A DNA stretch of 63,885 nt, the filler included, from Candidatus Nanoarchaeia archaeon (GTDB taxonomy: Archaea; Nanobdellota; Nanobdellia; Woesearchaeales; DATDTY01): the NCBI GenBank assembly GCA_035290625.1. It is 5 parts of 4 records of this genome, joined end to end, with 100 filler letters (N's around TTAATTAATTAA, not from the genome) between each part and the next. Parts side by side here need not be neighbours in the genome. Positions count along the whole stretch, not along the records: positions 1 to 20,766 come from DATDTY010000045.1; positions 20,867 to 52,283 come from DATDTY010000046.1; 3 more parts are not named here. One strand, 5' to 3'. Under the pieces are notes generated by a model. It ran no database searches and had not been told where the DNA came from. It was given only the letters and a program-made list of their open reading frames with translations. This document shows, piece by piece, positions 19,601 through 29,985 of this stretch. A program made the translations under genes and the position numbers. How positions within the stretch are numbered: position 1 is the first letter of the stretch; every line of letters starts with the position of its first letter.

Positions 19601-20721
19601 TTCACAAGGCCTTTTTCTCTCAGCTCTTGGGTTGCCGCAGTTGACCTGTCCTCTGCCTTTACTGTCTGGGACCACTCTGCAAGCTCCTTCATGCCTTCTT
19701 CAAACCTCACTTTTGGCTCAAAACCGATCTTTGAGTGTATCTTTGAGATGTCTGCATAGCAGTGCCTGATGTCTCCTTTCCTGAACTTGTTCACAATTAC
19801 CGGTTTGAGCTCTTCTTTTTTGTGGAGCTTGAGCAGAGTTTGCGCTACATCGTTAATTGTGAGCTGCCTTCCTGTGCCGACATTGAACACCTCGTAGTCT
19901 GCGGCGCTGCTCTTCATTGAAAGAAGGTTTGCCTGGGTGATATCATGGACAGAGGTAAAGTCGCGGCTTTGCTTTCCGTCCTCGAAAATCATAGGAGGGT
20001 GGCTGTTCTTTATCATTGACATGAAAATTGCTGCAACGCCTGTATAGGGGTTGTTCAAAGATTGCCTTGGGCCATAGACGTTGAAATACCGTAATGCCAC
20101 TACTGGAATCCCAAATGCTTTGCCTGTGATAAGGGTTATCTCTTCCTGGTCTTTTTTTGCAAGAGCATAGATTGATGTGCATTCCTGGGCTTTGGATTCC
20201 TTTGTTGGGATTGGCTTTACTGTTTTTTTGCATTTCGGGCAGTGGAGCTCCCAGTCCTTTTTTTGCATCTGGGATTCTGTCCTTACTTTTGGAGAGACGT
20301 TTCCGCAATCCTCGCATTCATAAGAGCCTTCTCCGTAGGTGGACATGGAGGAGGCTGTGATTACTTTCTTTATATCGTGGTTATTGTTTACTAGTATATC
20401 AAAAAGGTTGGCTGTTCCCATTGTATTTACTTTCATGTACCTGCTTATCTGATACATGGACTGGCCAACGCCGACCATTGCTGCAAGATGGAAGATGATA
20501 TCCTTGTCTTTGATTGCCTGCTTTAGCTGATTGTAATCTGTTACATCTCCCCTTATCAGCTTGGCGTTTGGGTTTATGTAAGAGGGGATGCTTTTGCTGT
20601 GGACCTGCGGCTCAATGCTGTCAAAGATGGTCACTTCATGGCCTTCTTTTATCAACGCATCTACTGTGAAGGAGCCGATGAAGCCTGCCCCTCCTGTGAC
20701 GAGGATTTGCTGAGTTGCCAT
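19597..20721 (-). CDS. NAD-dependent sugar epimerase/dehydratase with CxxC...CxxC insertion
   Basis: GGAGFIG, YALAK, RYFNVYGP; CEDC and CPKC insert. Confidence 0.93.
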   Translation of the reverse strand: MATQQILVTGGAGFIGSFTVDALIKEGHEVTIFDSIEPQVHSKSIPSYINPNAKLIRGDVTDYNQLKQAIKDKDIIFHLAAMVGVGQSMYQISRYMKVNTMGTANLFDILVNNNHDIKKVITASSMSTYGEGSYECEDCGNVSPKVRTESQMQKKDWELHCPKCKKTVKPIPTKESKAQECTSIYALAKKDQEEITLITGKAFGIPVVALRYFNVYGPRQSLNNPYTGVAAIFMSMIKNSHPPMIFEDGKQSRDFTSVHDITQANLLSMKSSAADYEVFNVGTGRQLTINDVAQTLLKLHKKEELKPVIVNKFRKGDIRHCYADISKIHSKIGFEPKVRFEEGMKELAEWSQTVKAEDRSTAATQELREKGLVK

Positions 20722-20766
20722 TGAAGAAGGGTTTGAACGGGTTTTTATAAAGGTTGCTACTTGTAG

Positions 20767-20866
20767 NNNNNNNNNNNNNNNNNNNNNNNNNNNNNNNNNN
20801 NNNNNNNNNNTTAATTAATTAANNNNNNNNNNNNNNNNNNNNNNNNNNNNNNNNNNNNNNNNNNNN
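20767..20866. other. Artificial contig linker
   Basis: N44-TTAATTAATTAA-N44. Confidence 0.99.
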
Positions 20867-23800
20867 CCTCCCCCCCCTCCGCCCCCGCCCCCTCCATCAT
20901 TTGGATCGGCGCATTGCCCTGCTCCGCCTGCTCCGCCGCTTCCTCCACTTGACCCTCCTGTTCCGCTACTTCCATCACTTCCGCATGTGGGAGGATTGGA
21001 ACTTCCAGCCCCTCCATTGCCCCCATTTGGTGATCCTGCTGCGCCTGCCTGACCGAAGCATGGAGACCCTCCTCCGCACTTTCCTCCAGTCCCTCCAGTT
21101 CCGCTCGTTGCTACTGCTCCGTTGAATGTCGTATTTCCTCCAGTCCCTCCAGTTCCTCCATCTCCTGAACCCACCCCTCCGCCTCCTCCGCCTCCTCCGC
21201 CTCCTGCAACCAGCGTTATATTTACTGAAACAACTCCTGCAGGCTTTGTCCATGTTCCGTTTGCGGTGAAATTTACCTGTTGCTCTGATGTTGAAGAGAC
21301 TGTTTCTAATGAAATCCTGCCTGTGCTGAAATTAACTGATACATTTGTTGTATTCGCAATTCTTCGGGGGTCTGTGAAGGAATCAGAGAGAGACTGTTTG
21401 GAATTTTCAAGCTTTGATGCATAGAACCATGCCTCAATCGTGAGAGCAGTTACGATGTTCAAGCCTGTGTGGTTCGTAACATTGATATAATCCACATCTC
21501 CGTCAAATTGGGCCGCCCCCCCTCCTATCCTATTTCCGCCGCTCCTGTTGATAAATGTGTTTCCATTCCTTGTTCCATTATAGCTTAGCCCGTAATCATA
21601 GTAATCATTGTCAAAAGGATACCATGCAACTAACCCATTGTCAGATATAGTTCCATTAATTATTCCGGAAGAGACATTCAGTACCCCATTCCTGTACCAG
21701 GTGAAGATGCTGGTGACGTTTACGGTCCCATCTCCTGCTGTGCTTCGGTTATAGCATGTTAGGTTCTGTGTCGTTATGTTTGAAGTCTCTGTTGAGTTGA
21801 GGATAGGAGCACTTTGGGTGGGCGGTGCATTCAATGCATACGCAATAATATCATTGAACTCAAACTTGATGGCATGATGAGCTTCAACCAACCATTCATT
21901 GATAAGAACTCCTTCAGTGTAGTTCCAATCCTGTTTTGTTATTTTTATTATTTTGTTTGTTATTGGGTCTAATCCTTTTTCATGATCAATGGATGCGTAC
22001 TCATTTGATTCATTTGTTGAATTCGTATCTGATTCATTTGATATATTATTTACATTTCCAATCCTTGCCTTTAAATCAATAAACCGAAGATGATCTCGGG
22101 TTGCATTATCATCTATTGGCCATTCTCCCCAGGTTGTGTTATAGGTTTCATTGGTTATCAATGAGATTGTTAAGTTTCCAATTCCTGTTGTGTTGAAATA
22201 CACTGTCCAGTTCTCTCCTAATTTCGCAACAGAGTGAAGTGTAAGGATTTCAAGGCTTAATTCATAGGTTTGATTGCTTAATGAAGGAACTATCCATTCA
22301 ATGTAATCAATCAAGCTATTGTTATTCGTATCATAGTTTGTTGTTTCTATTTTTATTTTTGAATTATTAACAAGCCAATATAATGAGAATTGGTTATTGG
22401 AAACCTCTCTCGGCAGTTCTGTAAACGCAAGGATATCCTCATAATGGATGCCTGAGGAAATGGTGATTGTTTTTCTTGTATCTGAGATATTGAATTCCTC
22501 TGCTGCCGGGCCTTCAGTATAGTACTCCACCTCAGCCTCGGTTATGTTCTCTTCGATAATGAGCTCTGTAGTGTTTTCTTGCGCCAGTATCTCAGCAACA
22601 ACATTCCCTGTAATCGCATTCTCAGGTTTCTGGCTGTTAATGGCTTTCTCTTTTCTTTCATCCTCAAAGTCCTCAAGCGTCTTTACTGTTGCGTTTTCCC
22701 TGACTTTCAACTTCTCTTTGGCTATTTCTTTGGCTTCCTGATCCTCAATCTTTCTTACTGTGATATTTGTTGCCTCTGGATGAATCTCTATATTGAAGCT
22801 TGCAGTCTCTGTGCTCAAATTGACAATTTTCGTCCATTTTACAGGCTTGCCAACAACGACGCTTGGTTTTCTTGTTGTGATTGAAGTATTCTCAGGCAAA
22901 ACATTAATCTCAAACACATTTGAGATGAAGGAAGCAATGCCGTCTGAAACTGCAAGGTAAGCAAATTGCTGTGTTGGCGAATCGGCTGAAAGGGAGAGGA
23001 GATTGCCATTAATGCTGAAAGTTATATTCTCAATCGAAGGCAATGCATAGATGAGAGTATCATTATCAGGGTCAGAACAATACTGCGAAAGGTCAAGTTC
23101 AGTTTTTGTTCCTGCCAAAAAGCTGATGTTGGGGATGATGCTGCAGGATGGTCTTGCATTTTCAGTTGAGGTATACGCTATGGAATTGAGCATAACCTTG
23201 CCTTCCTCCAGTTCTACTTCAATCTTATACTCAGACTGGTTAAGGCTGATAGCGCATGTTTCCCTGCATTGGTCTGTAAACTCGATAATCGCATCAACGA
23301 AGGTGATGTTTACGGCTACGAGATTGCTTATAGCGCTCTGAATCGTGAGGTTTTCGATATCAAACTTATGATAAAGCACAGAGGCTGCTATTGTGTTTCT
23401 TTCTGTTGCTCCGTTTCTTCCATACTGGGCGTAATAGGTATCGTTCCATTGCTCTGATGCTGAATCAAGGCCCATCGATGCGCAGCATTCCTCCGATCCC
23501 TGGCAAGTAAATGTGGAAATCTCGGTATCGTATGAATAGGCTTCCCACCTGGTACATAGCGTTTCGGAGCTTGTGTTCCAGGAGAACGCTGCATCAATGT
23601 CCACGGTTACGGCGTCTTTCTTTGTTGCAATGCTTTTTGCAGGCTTCAGGATGATGGAGATATTGCTTGCGGTTTCATTTCCTGCCTGGATTTCAGTATG
23701 CTCTGTTGTATCATTTATTATACTCTCTTCTGCCTTGCCTATACTGTCACTTTTTCCAGTCTCGTTTGTTGTTGGTGCGCTTTCATTTGCTCCCTTCTTT

Positions 23801-24369
23801 GTAAGATCATCAACCGCATTGGTAAGATTGCTGCTTGTCTCGTTTGCGCCAATTTCAACATCTGAAACATTTGAGCTTAGATTGCTCTCATTGCTCACAG
23901 CGAATCCTGTGATAAGGATTCCTTCAGTTGTATTTGTGGGGTATTCAAAGAGCAGCAGTCTTGTGTCATTGGCTATAAAGTAGATCTTCATTGGCTTTGT
24001 TCCTATGTACGTGCCGGAGATCTTTACCCAGCCTATATCCCGCCTTACAGGTTTCCAGTCTATGATCTGAGATGAGGTGAATGACTGGTTGAGCGTCTCA
24101 GTATACACCTTTGTTTTTCCCTGAGGAACAAATCCTGTAGGGCCATTAATGATATTGGACAGGCCAAACACGATTATTATGAGGAGCACACCTATAATCC
24201 CTATTACTTTTGCCGCGCTTGCCTGCATTTCCCTCTGAACCAGGCTTTTTGCAATGTCCTCATCATAGCCATATGTGAGGATGGCTTTGTAAACAGAGCT
24301 GTATGAGTAGCCAGATCTCCGCTGCTTGCGGATATACTGCCTTAACTGCCTTTTACGCTCTTTTCTCAT
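20867..24369 (-). CDS. Large membrane-anchored surface protein (Ig/cadherin-like, LamG-like, Gly-rich), 3'-truncated by contig end
   Basis: TM near N-terminus, many N-x-S/T sequons, DPDNDTL, GLVAWYPFD...FDGDVDY...LTIEAW, FTANGTWTKPAGV..AGGGGG. Confidence 0.85.
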
Positions 24370-24826
24370 GTTTCCTTGCTTTATTGACTGTATTCCAGAT
24401 GTTTCTCTGATCCCTGTGCAGGAGTTTAGCAATCTGATGATAGGGAAGGTGGCTGAGCTCAAGTGAAATCGATTCGAGAGGCGAAAGATTTCTTTTTGCC
24501 AAGGCTTTCAAAGGAATTCCAGCTTCTCCTTTAATCCTGAATCTGGAAGGATGTTTTCGCTTTGCAGCTGTAAAGGAAGCCCATATCGTGCGTGGGTTGC
24601 GGTTCAGCTTTCTTGCAATGGATGAGAAACTCTCGGCTTTCTGCTCGTGAAGGTATTTTACTGCAGCTTCAAGAATGCCGAGCTTTGAGGTGAAGATATC
24701 AACTGGAAGCATGTCTTCTTCAAAGAATGAGAGCAACTCTTCCCTTGAGATTGAGCCAGAGGCTTTCAGGCTCTTTACCAATGAACTGAGGGCTCTCTTC
24801 AGCTCTGCCTGAGATTTCTTTTGCAC
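24353..24826 (-). CDS. Tandem-HTH DNA-binding protein
   Basis: Internal duplication ILEAAVKYL..SIARKLNRNPRTIW / PLESISLEL..QIAKLLHRDQRNIW; overlaps start of the surface-protein gene. Confidence 0.7.
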   Translation of the reverse strand: MQKKSQAELKRALSSLVKSLKASGSISREELLSFFEEDMLPVDIFTSKLGILEAAVKYLHEQKAESFSSIARKLNRNPRTIWASFTAAKRKHPSRFRIKGEAGIPLKALAKRNLSPLESISLELSHLPYHQIAKLLHRDQRNIWNTVNKARKHEKRA

Positions 24827-25027
24827 AGTACTCTCTTCTTGCCCTTATGCCTTATAAACCTTGCTATTTTAAACTTATCTTTCATGTAGAATTACCTATT
24901 ATTAATGTAATAATACTTATTAAAAATGTATATTAGTTATTTTATTACTTATCTTTAATGTAACTTCCCTACTGTAGGAGAATGATGAATAAGAACCAGA
25001 AATACTTGGGCCTGTTTGGAGGCCGGC

Positions 25028-26125
25028 TCATATCAGATGAATCTCAAGAACATCTGTATCTTTCAACACCGTGTCCAGCCTCAAAATCTTCTGGCCAGGA
25101 AACTTTGCGGTTGGGCCCCAGAGCCTTGCAAACTTGAACTTGGACTCAAACTCCCTATGGAGCTTTCTGCAGACATCCCTGATTGTGCATCCATGCGTCA
25201 TGATCAAAGGCTCTTCCATATCAGGCTTCTTGCCAGGCTCCTTCATATACATCCTTATGAAGTTTAGTTTCCTGAATATGGCCTCTTTTAGCTGTTCGAT
25301 GTTGATCCCTTTCTCCGCCGACACCAGGATATCGGCTTTAACATCCCTGGCAACAGCCTTTGCTTTCTCAGGATCAACCATGTCAATCTTGTTGACCACA
25401 GTTATTGCAGGAAGATAGATGCGGTTATCTTCGATGCAGTCAATCAACTGGTCATCACTAATATCTTCCCGAATAACAACCTCTGCGTTCATAATCCCCA
25501 TCTCTTTCATAATCCCCTGTATTGTGGCGTCTGTAAGGGTGAGCTTCTTTACTGTCTTGCCGATGCGAATCCCTCCCCGGGCAGTCTTCTTGATCTTGAC
25601 GTCAGGCCTTTTCTGGTTGATCCGGATCCCTGATTCAAATATCTCCCTGATCAGAACATTCAGGTGATCCTGGCTGTTGACATCTATAAGGATAATAACC
25701 AGGTTTGCGCTGCGCATGACGGCAAGGACCTCTTTTCCCCTGCCTGTACCTGCAGCAGCGCCTTTCACAATTCCAGGAACGTCAAGGATCTGGATTTTTG
25801 CGCCTTTATGCTCCAATAACCCCGGGATCACTGTAAGCGTGGTGAACGCGTACGCGGCTGTCTTGGATTCCTGATTGGTGAGCTTATTCAGAAGCGTGGA
25901 TTTTCCGACTGAAGGGTAACCGAGGATGACTGCTGAAGCGTCTCCGGTTTTCCTCACGTCATAGCTGTAGGTCTTCCCTTTTCCTGCAGCCCTGCTTTGC
26001 TCCTTATCGCGCAATGCTGCAATCTTTGCCTTTACTAAACCAACGTGATGCTGCGTCTTTTTATTGTATTTTGTCTTTTTGAGCTCTTCCTCAAACTCCC
26101 TTATCTTTGAGTTGTACTCAGGCAT
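25028..26125 (-). CDS. DRG/Rbg-family OBG GTPase with TGS domain
   Basis: NKKTQHH.G.VKAK, GYPSVGKST, YAFTT, DVPG, NKID; start MPEYNS at 26125 because the ORF-track extension runs into repeat D. Confidence 0.95.
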   Translation of the reverse strand: MPEYNSKIREFEEELKKTKYNKKTQHHVGLVKAKIAALRDKEQSRAAGKGKTYSYDVRKTGDASAVILGYPSVGKSTLLNKLTNQESKTAAYAFTTLTVIPGLLEHKGAKIQILDVPGIVKGAAAGTGRGKEVLAVMRSANLVIILIDVNSQDHLNVLIREIFESGIRINQKRPDVKIKKTARGGIRIGKTVKKLTLTDATIQGIMKEMGIMNAEVVIREDISDDQLIDCIEDNRIYLPAITVVNKIDMVDPEKAKAVARDVKADILVSAEKGINIEQLKEAIFRKLNFIRMYMKEPGKKPDMEEPLIMTHGCTIRDVCRKLHREFESKFKFARLWGPTAKFPGQKILRLDTVLKDTDVLEIHLI

Positions 26126-26163
26126 GGACTGAAAGGAAAGATGCGGATTTAATAAGGTTGTGG

Positions 26164-26326
26164 GTCGCATTGAAAAGTTGCTCGCTTCGCTCGGCAGCGC
26201 CATGTTCGCCATGCGCAAGTCAGGCAGAACAGCGACATTCCCCGAAGGGGGCAACCCCCCTTGTCGCTCTGCTGTCTTATTTTAAGATGGCTCACGAGAG
26301 GGCGCTGCATGACTTTTCAATGCGAC
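26164..26326. repeat. Structured repeat family, copy D (MITE-like, flanked by 10-bp direct repeat)
   Basis: Perfect 15-bp TIR GTCGCATTGAAAAGT/ACTTTTCAATGCGAC; AAGGTTGTGG at 26154-26163 and 26327-26336. Confidence 0.93.
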
Positions 26327-26372
26327 AAGGTTGTGGAAAGGTTTATAATTCACGGAGCAACCATCACCTTGT

Positions 26373-27098
26373 ATGCCAAATCAAAAAATCATCGTTGTCA
26401 TGCCTGCATACAATGCAAGCAGCACCATTGGAAGTGTTTTAGAACGAATCCCTCCTTCTCTGATGAAGAATCTCTTCCAAATCATCATAGTCAATGATGG
26501 AAGCGCTGATGATACTGGAATCGTCATAGAAGGATTGAAGGAGACATACAAAAAAATAAGGATACTGACGCATCCAAAAAATAAGGGATACGGAGCTGCA
26601 CAGAAGACTGGGTTTGAGGAAGCTGTGAAGGAAGGGGCTGATATTGGCGTGCTGCTGCATTCTGACGGCCAATATGCGCCGGAGATCATGCACACCTTGC
26701 TTGATCCATTTGAGCATGGATATGATGTTGTGCAGGGAAGCAGGATGCTTGCAGGAGGTGCAATTAAGGGAGGGATGCCGCTCTACAAATATCTTGGCAA
26801 TAAGTTCTTGACCTTTCTCGAGAATCTCGCCTATGGGCTCAATATGGCTGAGTATCACTCGGGGTATATGCTCTATTCAAAGAGGGCATTGGAAAATATC
26901 CCTTTTGAGAAATTAAGCAACACCTTCCATTTTGACGGAGAGATGCTGCTCATGGCTGCAAAGAAGAAGCTTAGGGTTAAGGAGATTCCGATCCCAACGC
27001 GCTACTCAACTGAGAAGAGCCATCTCAATCCCTTTACATACGGAATTGATGTCCTGAAGATTATCTACCGCAACTGGAGAGGGAAATACGATTTCTGA
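26373..27098 (+). CDS. GT2 glycosyltransferase
   Basis: MPAYNA, VNDGSAD, NKGYGAAQK, HSDGQY, GSR. Confidence 0.93.
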   Translation: MPNQKIIVVMPAYNASSTIGSVLERIPPSLMKNLFQIIIVNDGSADDTGIVIEGLKETYKKIRILTHPKNKGYGAAQKTGFEEAVKEGADIGVLLHSDGQYAPEIMHTLLDPFEHGYDVVQGSRMLAGGAIKGGMPLYKYLGNKFLTFLENLAYGLNMAEYHSGYMLYSKRALENIPFEKLSNTFHFDGEMLLMAAKKKLRVKEIPIPTRYSTEKSHLNPFTYGIDVLKIIYRNWRGKYDF

Positions 27099-27958
27099 TG
27101 AAATGGAAACTCGTTGTCAAGATTGCAGTCTCGGTGTTGTTGTTCCTGTTCTTTCTCACTTGGGTCGATGTGTTTACTGCATTTCAGACAGTTTCTGTCA
27201 CGTGGGGCTGGTTTTTTTTGGGATTGATCGTCTTACTTCTTTCCCAATTCCTGAAGGCCGTCAGATTTGGCATGCTGAGCAATAAGGCAGGCATTGTCCG
27301 ACCGTATTTTACGCATTTCTTGATACATAATGTTGTGACCTCATTTGGTTTAGTGACTCCGGGAAAGCTAGGAGAAGGAGGAAAGCTCTTCTATTACAAA
27401 GATGCTGACAAGAAGGCGCTTGGTGTTTGTTATATTCTGGAGAAATTCTCTGATTCTGTTGTTTTTGTTGTTTTCTCGTTGTTTTTGCTGGCTGCTTTGA
27501 ATCTTAAATTTCTTATTTTTGTTCTATTGGGCGTATTGAGCATCCTCGTTCTTGGAATTTTCTTTTTAAAGCCATTGATCACAAGGTTTTTTCCTCAATT
27601 TGATGTACATCTACTCAGAATATTCAGTATTAGCAATTTTTTAATGCTGGGAGGCCAGGCATTGCTTATCTGGCTTGCGGTTTTTTTTACGCAATACCTC
27701 TTTGCATTTGCTGTCGGGCTTGAGGCTCCTTTCTTTCTGTTTTGCCAGATCATGGCAGCTTCCTCTCTGCTCGGGATATTGAGCGGCCTGCCTGGAGGGG
27801 TTGGAAGCAGGGAGCTGACCCTAACCTTTTTATTTACCACACTATTAGCATCTGATAAAGGGATTGTTGGAGCATTTGCCATTGTGAATCTTTTTGGACA
27901 GTATACCGTGCTGGGGATACTGGCATTTGCTTCCCATTTGATGCTGAAAAGGAGATGA
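27098..27958 (+). CDS. LPG-synthase TM-domain / UPF0104 flippase-like protein
   Basis: TPGKLGE, LPGGVGSRE, multi-TM. Confidence 0.85.
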   Translation: MKWKLVVKIAVSVLLFLFFLTWVDVFTAFQTVSVTWGWFFLGLIVLLLSQFLKAVRFGMLSNKAGIVRPYFTHFLIHNVVTSFGLVTPGKLGEGGKLFYYKDADKKALGVCYILEKFSDSVVFVVFSLFLLAALNLKFLIFVLLGVLSILVLGIFFLKPLITRFFPQFDVHLLRIFSISNFLMLGGQALLIWLAVFFTQYLFAFAVGLEAPFFLFCQIMAASSLLGILSGLPGGVGSRELTLTFLFTTLLASDKGIVGAFAIVNLFGQYTVLGILAFASHLMLKRR

Positions 27959-27961
27959 ACT

Positions 27962-28585
27962 ATGGCACTACAACTGGTCTTGAGCATCCTTGGAGCTCTC
28001 TTAATTATTGGCCTTTTTGCAGCATATCGCATCCTCAAAAAAACATCTGCGTCGATATCGCTTTTTAGATTGATTTGGGATTACTTCATCCTTGAGCCAA
28101 TTGTTTTTGTGTTTCGGTGGATACCCGGAGGGTGGGGCATTATCGCAAGGTATGGGCTCTATAAGCTCTTATTCAAGAAATTAGGGAAGCGCTGCATCAT
28201 CATGGAGGGAGTAAAAATCCTTTTCCCCGAGAACATGGAAGTAGGGGATAACTGCAGCATCAATGAGCACTGCTATTTCCATGCACGAGGGGGCATCAAG
28301 CTTGGAAACTGGGTCAGGCTTGGGCCAAACATCGGGTTTTTCACCTGGAATCATGGCCATTCTGATCCTGAGAAACCGATCAAGCAGCAGGGCTTTATCC
28401 TGAAGCCGATTGTGGTTGAGGACGATGTCTGGATTGGCAATAATGCAACTATTGTGCAGGGAGTCACGATTGGCAAGCATTCCATTGTCGGAGCAGGGGC
28501 TGTTGTGACAAAAGATGTGGCTCCGTATTCCATCGTTGGAGGAGTGCCTGCAAAGGTGATAAAGGATAGAAGGGAAGCTAATTAA
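27962..28585 (+). CDS. Hexapeptide-repeat (LbH) O-acetyltransferase
   Basis: VEDDVWIG, GVTIG, GAGAVVTKDV, GGVPAK. Confidence 0.92.
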   Translation: MALQLVLSILGALLIIGLFAAYRILKKTSASISLFRLIWDYFILEPIVFVFRWIPGGWGIIARYGLYKLLFKKLGKRCIIMEGVKILFPENMEVGDNCSINEHCYFHARGGIKLGNWVRLGPNIGFFTWNHGHSDPEKPIKQQGFILKPIVVEDDVWIGNNATIVQGVTIGKHSIVGAGAVVTKDVAPYSIVGGVPAKVIKDRREAN

Positions 28586-28617
28586 TTACTATTTTTGTTG
28601 AGTGCTGGAGATAGAAT

Positions 28618-29985
28618 ATGGATATCCAAAAATCAGATTGTGGTTATATGGGGCAATGGCATCAATCCGTGCTTTCTATCAGTTTCTGGAATCTGTGGTA
28701 TAATCCTGATTTGCAGGCTAAACTTGGCTTGGCAGGCATCAAGGGAGATTTTGTTGTGCTGGACGGACATTTTTGGTACAGGTCTCTAGATTGGGAGGCA
28801 ATCCGAGAAAAGGTATGCACTGATCCCTTATTTGTCAGGAGGTTTATCCTGTATTGCAGAAAAACCTTGGATAATGCATTAAAGGCATCAGAGAGATTTA
28901 GCACAGACAGCGCAGATGGAAGCCTGCTTGAGAGAACCAGATTCTTTTTTGCAACCTTTCGTACGATTACCGCTCCTTGGATTATGATTTCTCCGATAGG
29001 TGAAGCAGTGGAAAAACAACTATCTGCATATGCCTCTGAGAAAGGAATCCCTCTTGCTGAACTGGCTCATGAGGTGTGCGTTCCTGAACCTACTTATCTT
29101 ATGAAGCAGCAACTCGATGCTCTTAGGATTTCCGCATTGATTGACTCAAAGGGCTTAAATGGGAAATCCTTGCCTGAAATAGAGAATGATGAAGAAATCT
29201 CCAGATTTTTGAATGCGCACATCTCTGAATTTGAATGGGTTGGGACGCATCATCTTGCAGGCGAACCTTTCACAAAGGAGAAACTGTTAGAAGAGATACA
29301 CAGGGGCATCCCTGCGCCATCTGAAACAAGAACTTCAACTCATCCTCCTGTTAAGTCTGCCAGCGAGCTATCATACCTGCGCCTCCTTTGCGCAGAGGTT
29401 TCTGATATTGTTGCATTTCGGGCCAGGCTTTTGCTTGATCAGGTAACCACTGCTATAGGTATGGATGCAAACTGGCTTTCTGAAGACGAGATCCTGTCTG
29501 CATTAGATGGATTCAAAAAACACCTTAGCGCCATTGATATTGTCTCAAGAAAGAATCTTTTTGGTGCTGTTATTGAAAATGGAAAGCAGAAGATTCTTAC
29601 TGGTGCTGAGGTCAATGCACTCCTTGGAGTGATGCGGCCAAAGCAGTCCTCTGATATTACTGAAGTCAGAGGCTCCGTTGCATGCAGAGGAATTGCTCGA
29701 GGGAAGGTGAGGCTTCTTATTAGAAATGAGGATGCCAAGAGATTTCATGAAGGCGAGATTCTTGTTGCTCCTGAAACGACGCCTGATTTTGTTCCTGCAT
29801 TCAAAAAAGCCAGAGCAGTTGTTACTGACAGAGGAGGCATAACCTCTCATGCTGCTGTCGTAAGCCGGGAATTTAACATTCCATGTATCATCGGGACTTC
29901 CATTGCCACACAGGTATTCAAAGATGGGGATCTTGTCGAGGTTGATGCAGAGAAGGGCATTGTGAGGAAGATCACCCCAAAATAA
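28618..29985 (+). CDS. Protein with C-terminal PEP-utilising phospho-His swivel domain
   Basis: GEILVAPETTPD, GGITSHAAVVSREFNIPC; no ATP-grasp domain recognisable. Confidence 0.85.
   Translation: MDIQKSDCGYMGQWHQSVLSISFWNLWYNPDLQAKLGLAGIKGDFVVLDGHFWYRSLDWEAIREKVCTDPLFVRRFILYCRKTLDNALKASERFSTDSADGSLLERTRFFFATFRTITAPWIMISPIGEAVEKQLSAYASEKGIPLAELAHEVCVPEPTYLMKQQLDALRISALIDSKGLNGKSLPEIENDEEISRFLNAHISEFEWVGTHHLAGEPFTKEKLLEEIHRGIPAPSETRTSTHPPVKSASELSYLRLLCAEVSDIVAFRARLLLDQVTTAIGMDANWLSEDEILSALDGFKKHLSAIDIVSRKNLFGAVIENGKQKILTGAEVNALLGVMRPKQSSDITEVRGSVACRGIARGKVRLLIRNEDAKRFHEGEILVAPETTPDFVPAFKKARAVVTDRGGITSHAAVVSREFNIPCIIGTSIATQVFKDGDLVEVDAEKGIVRKITPK

Noticed and set aside
20867..21210. CCTCCG/CCTCCA short tandem repeats
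   Set aside because: They encode poly-Gly of the minus-strand surface protein.
26126..26497. N-terminal extension of the DRG ORF and small ORFs 26107-26442 and 26261-26497 (likewise 13352-13537, 13401-13769)
   Set aside because: They read through repeat copies, and no coding frame is conserved between copies.
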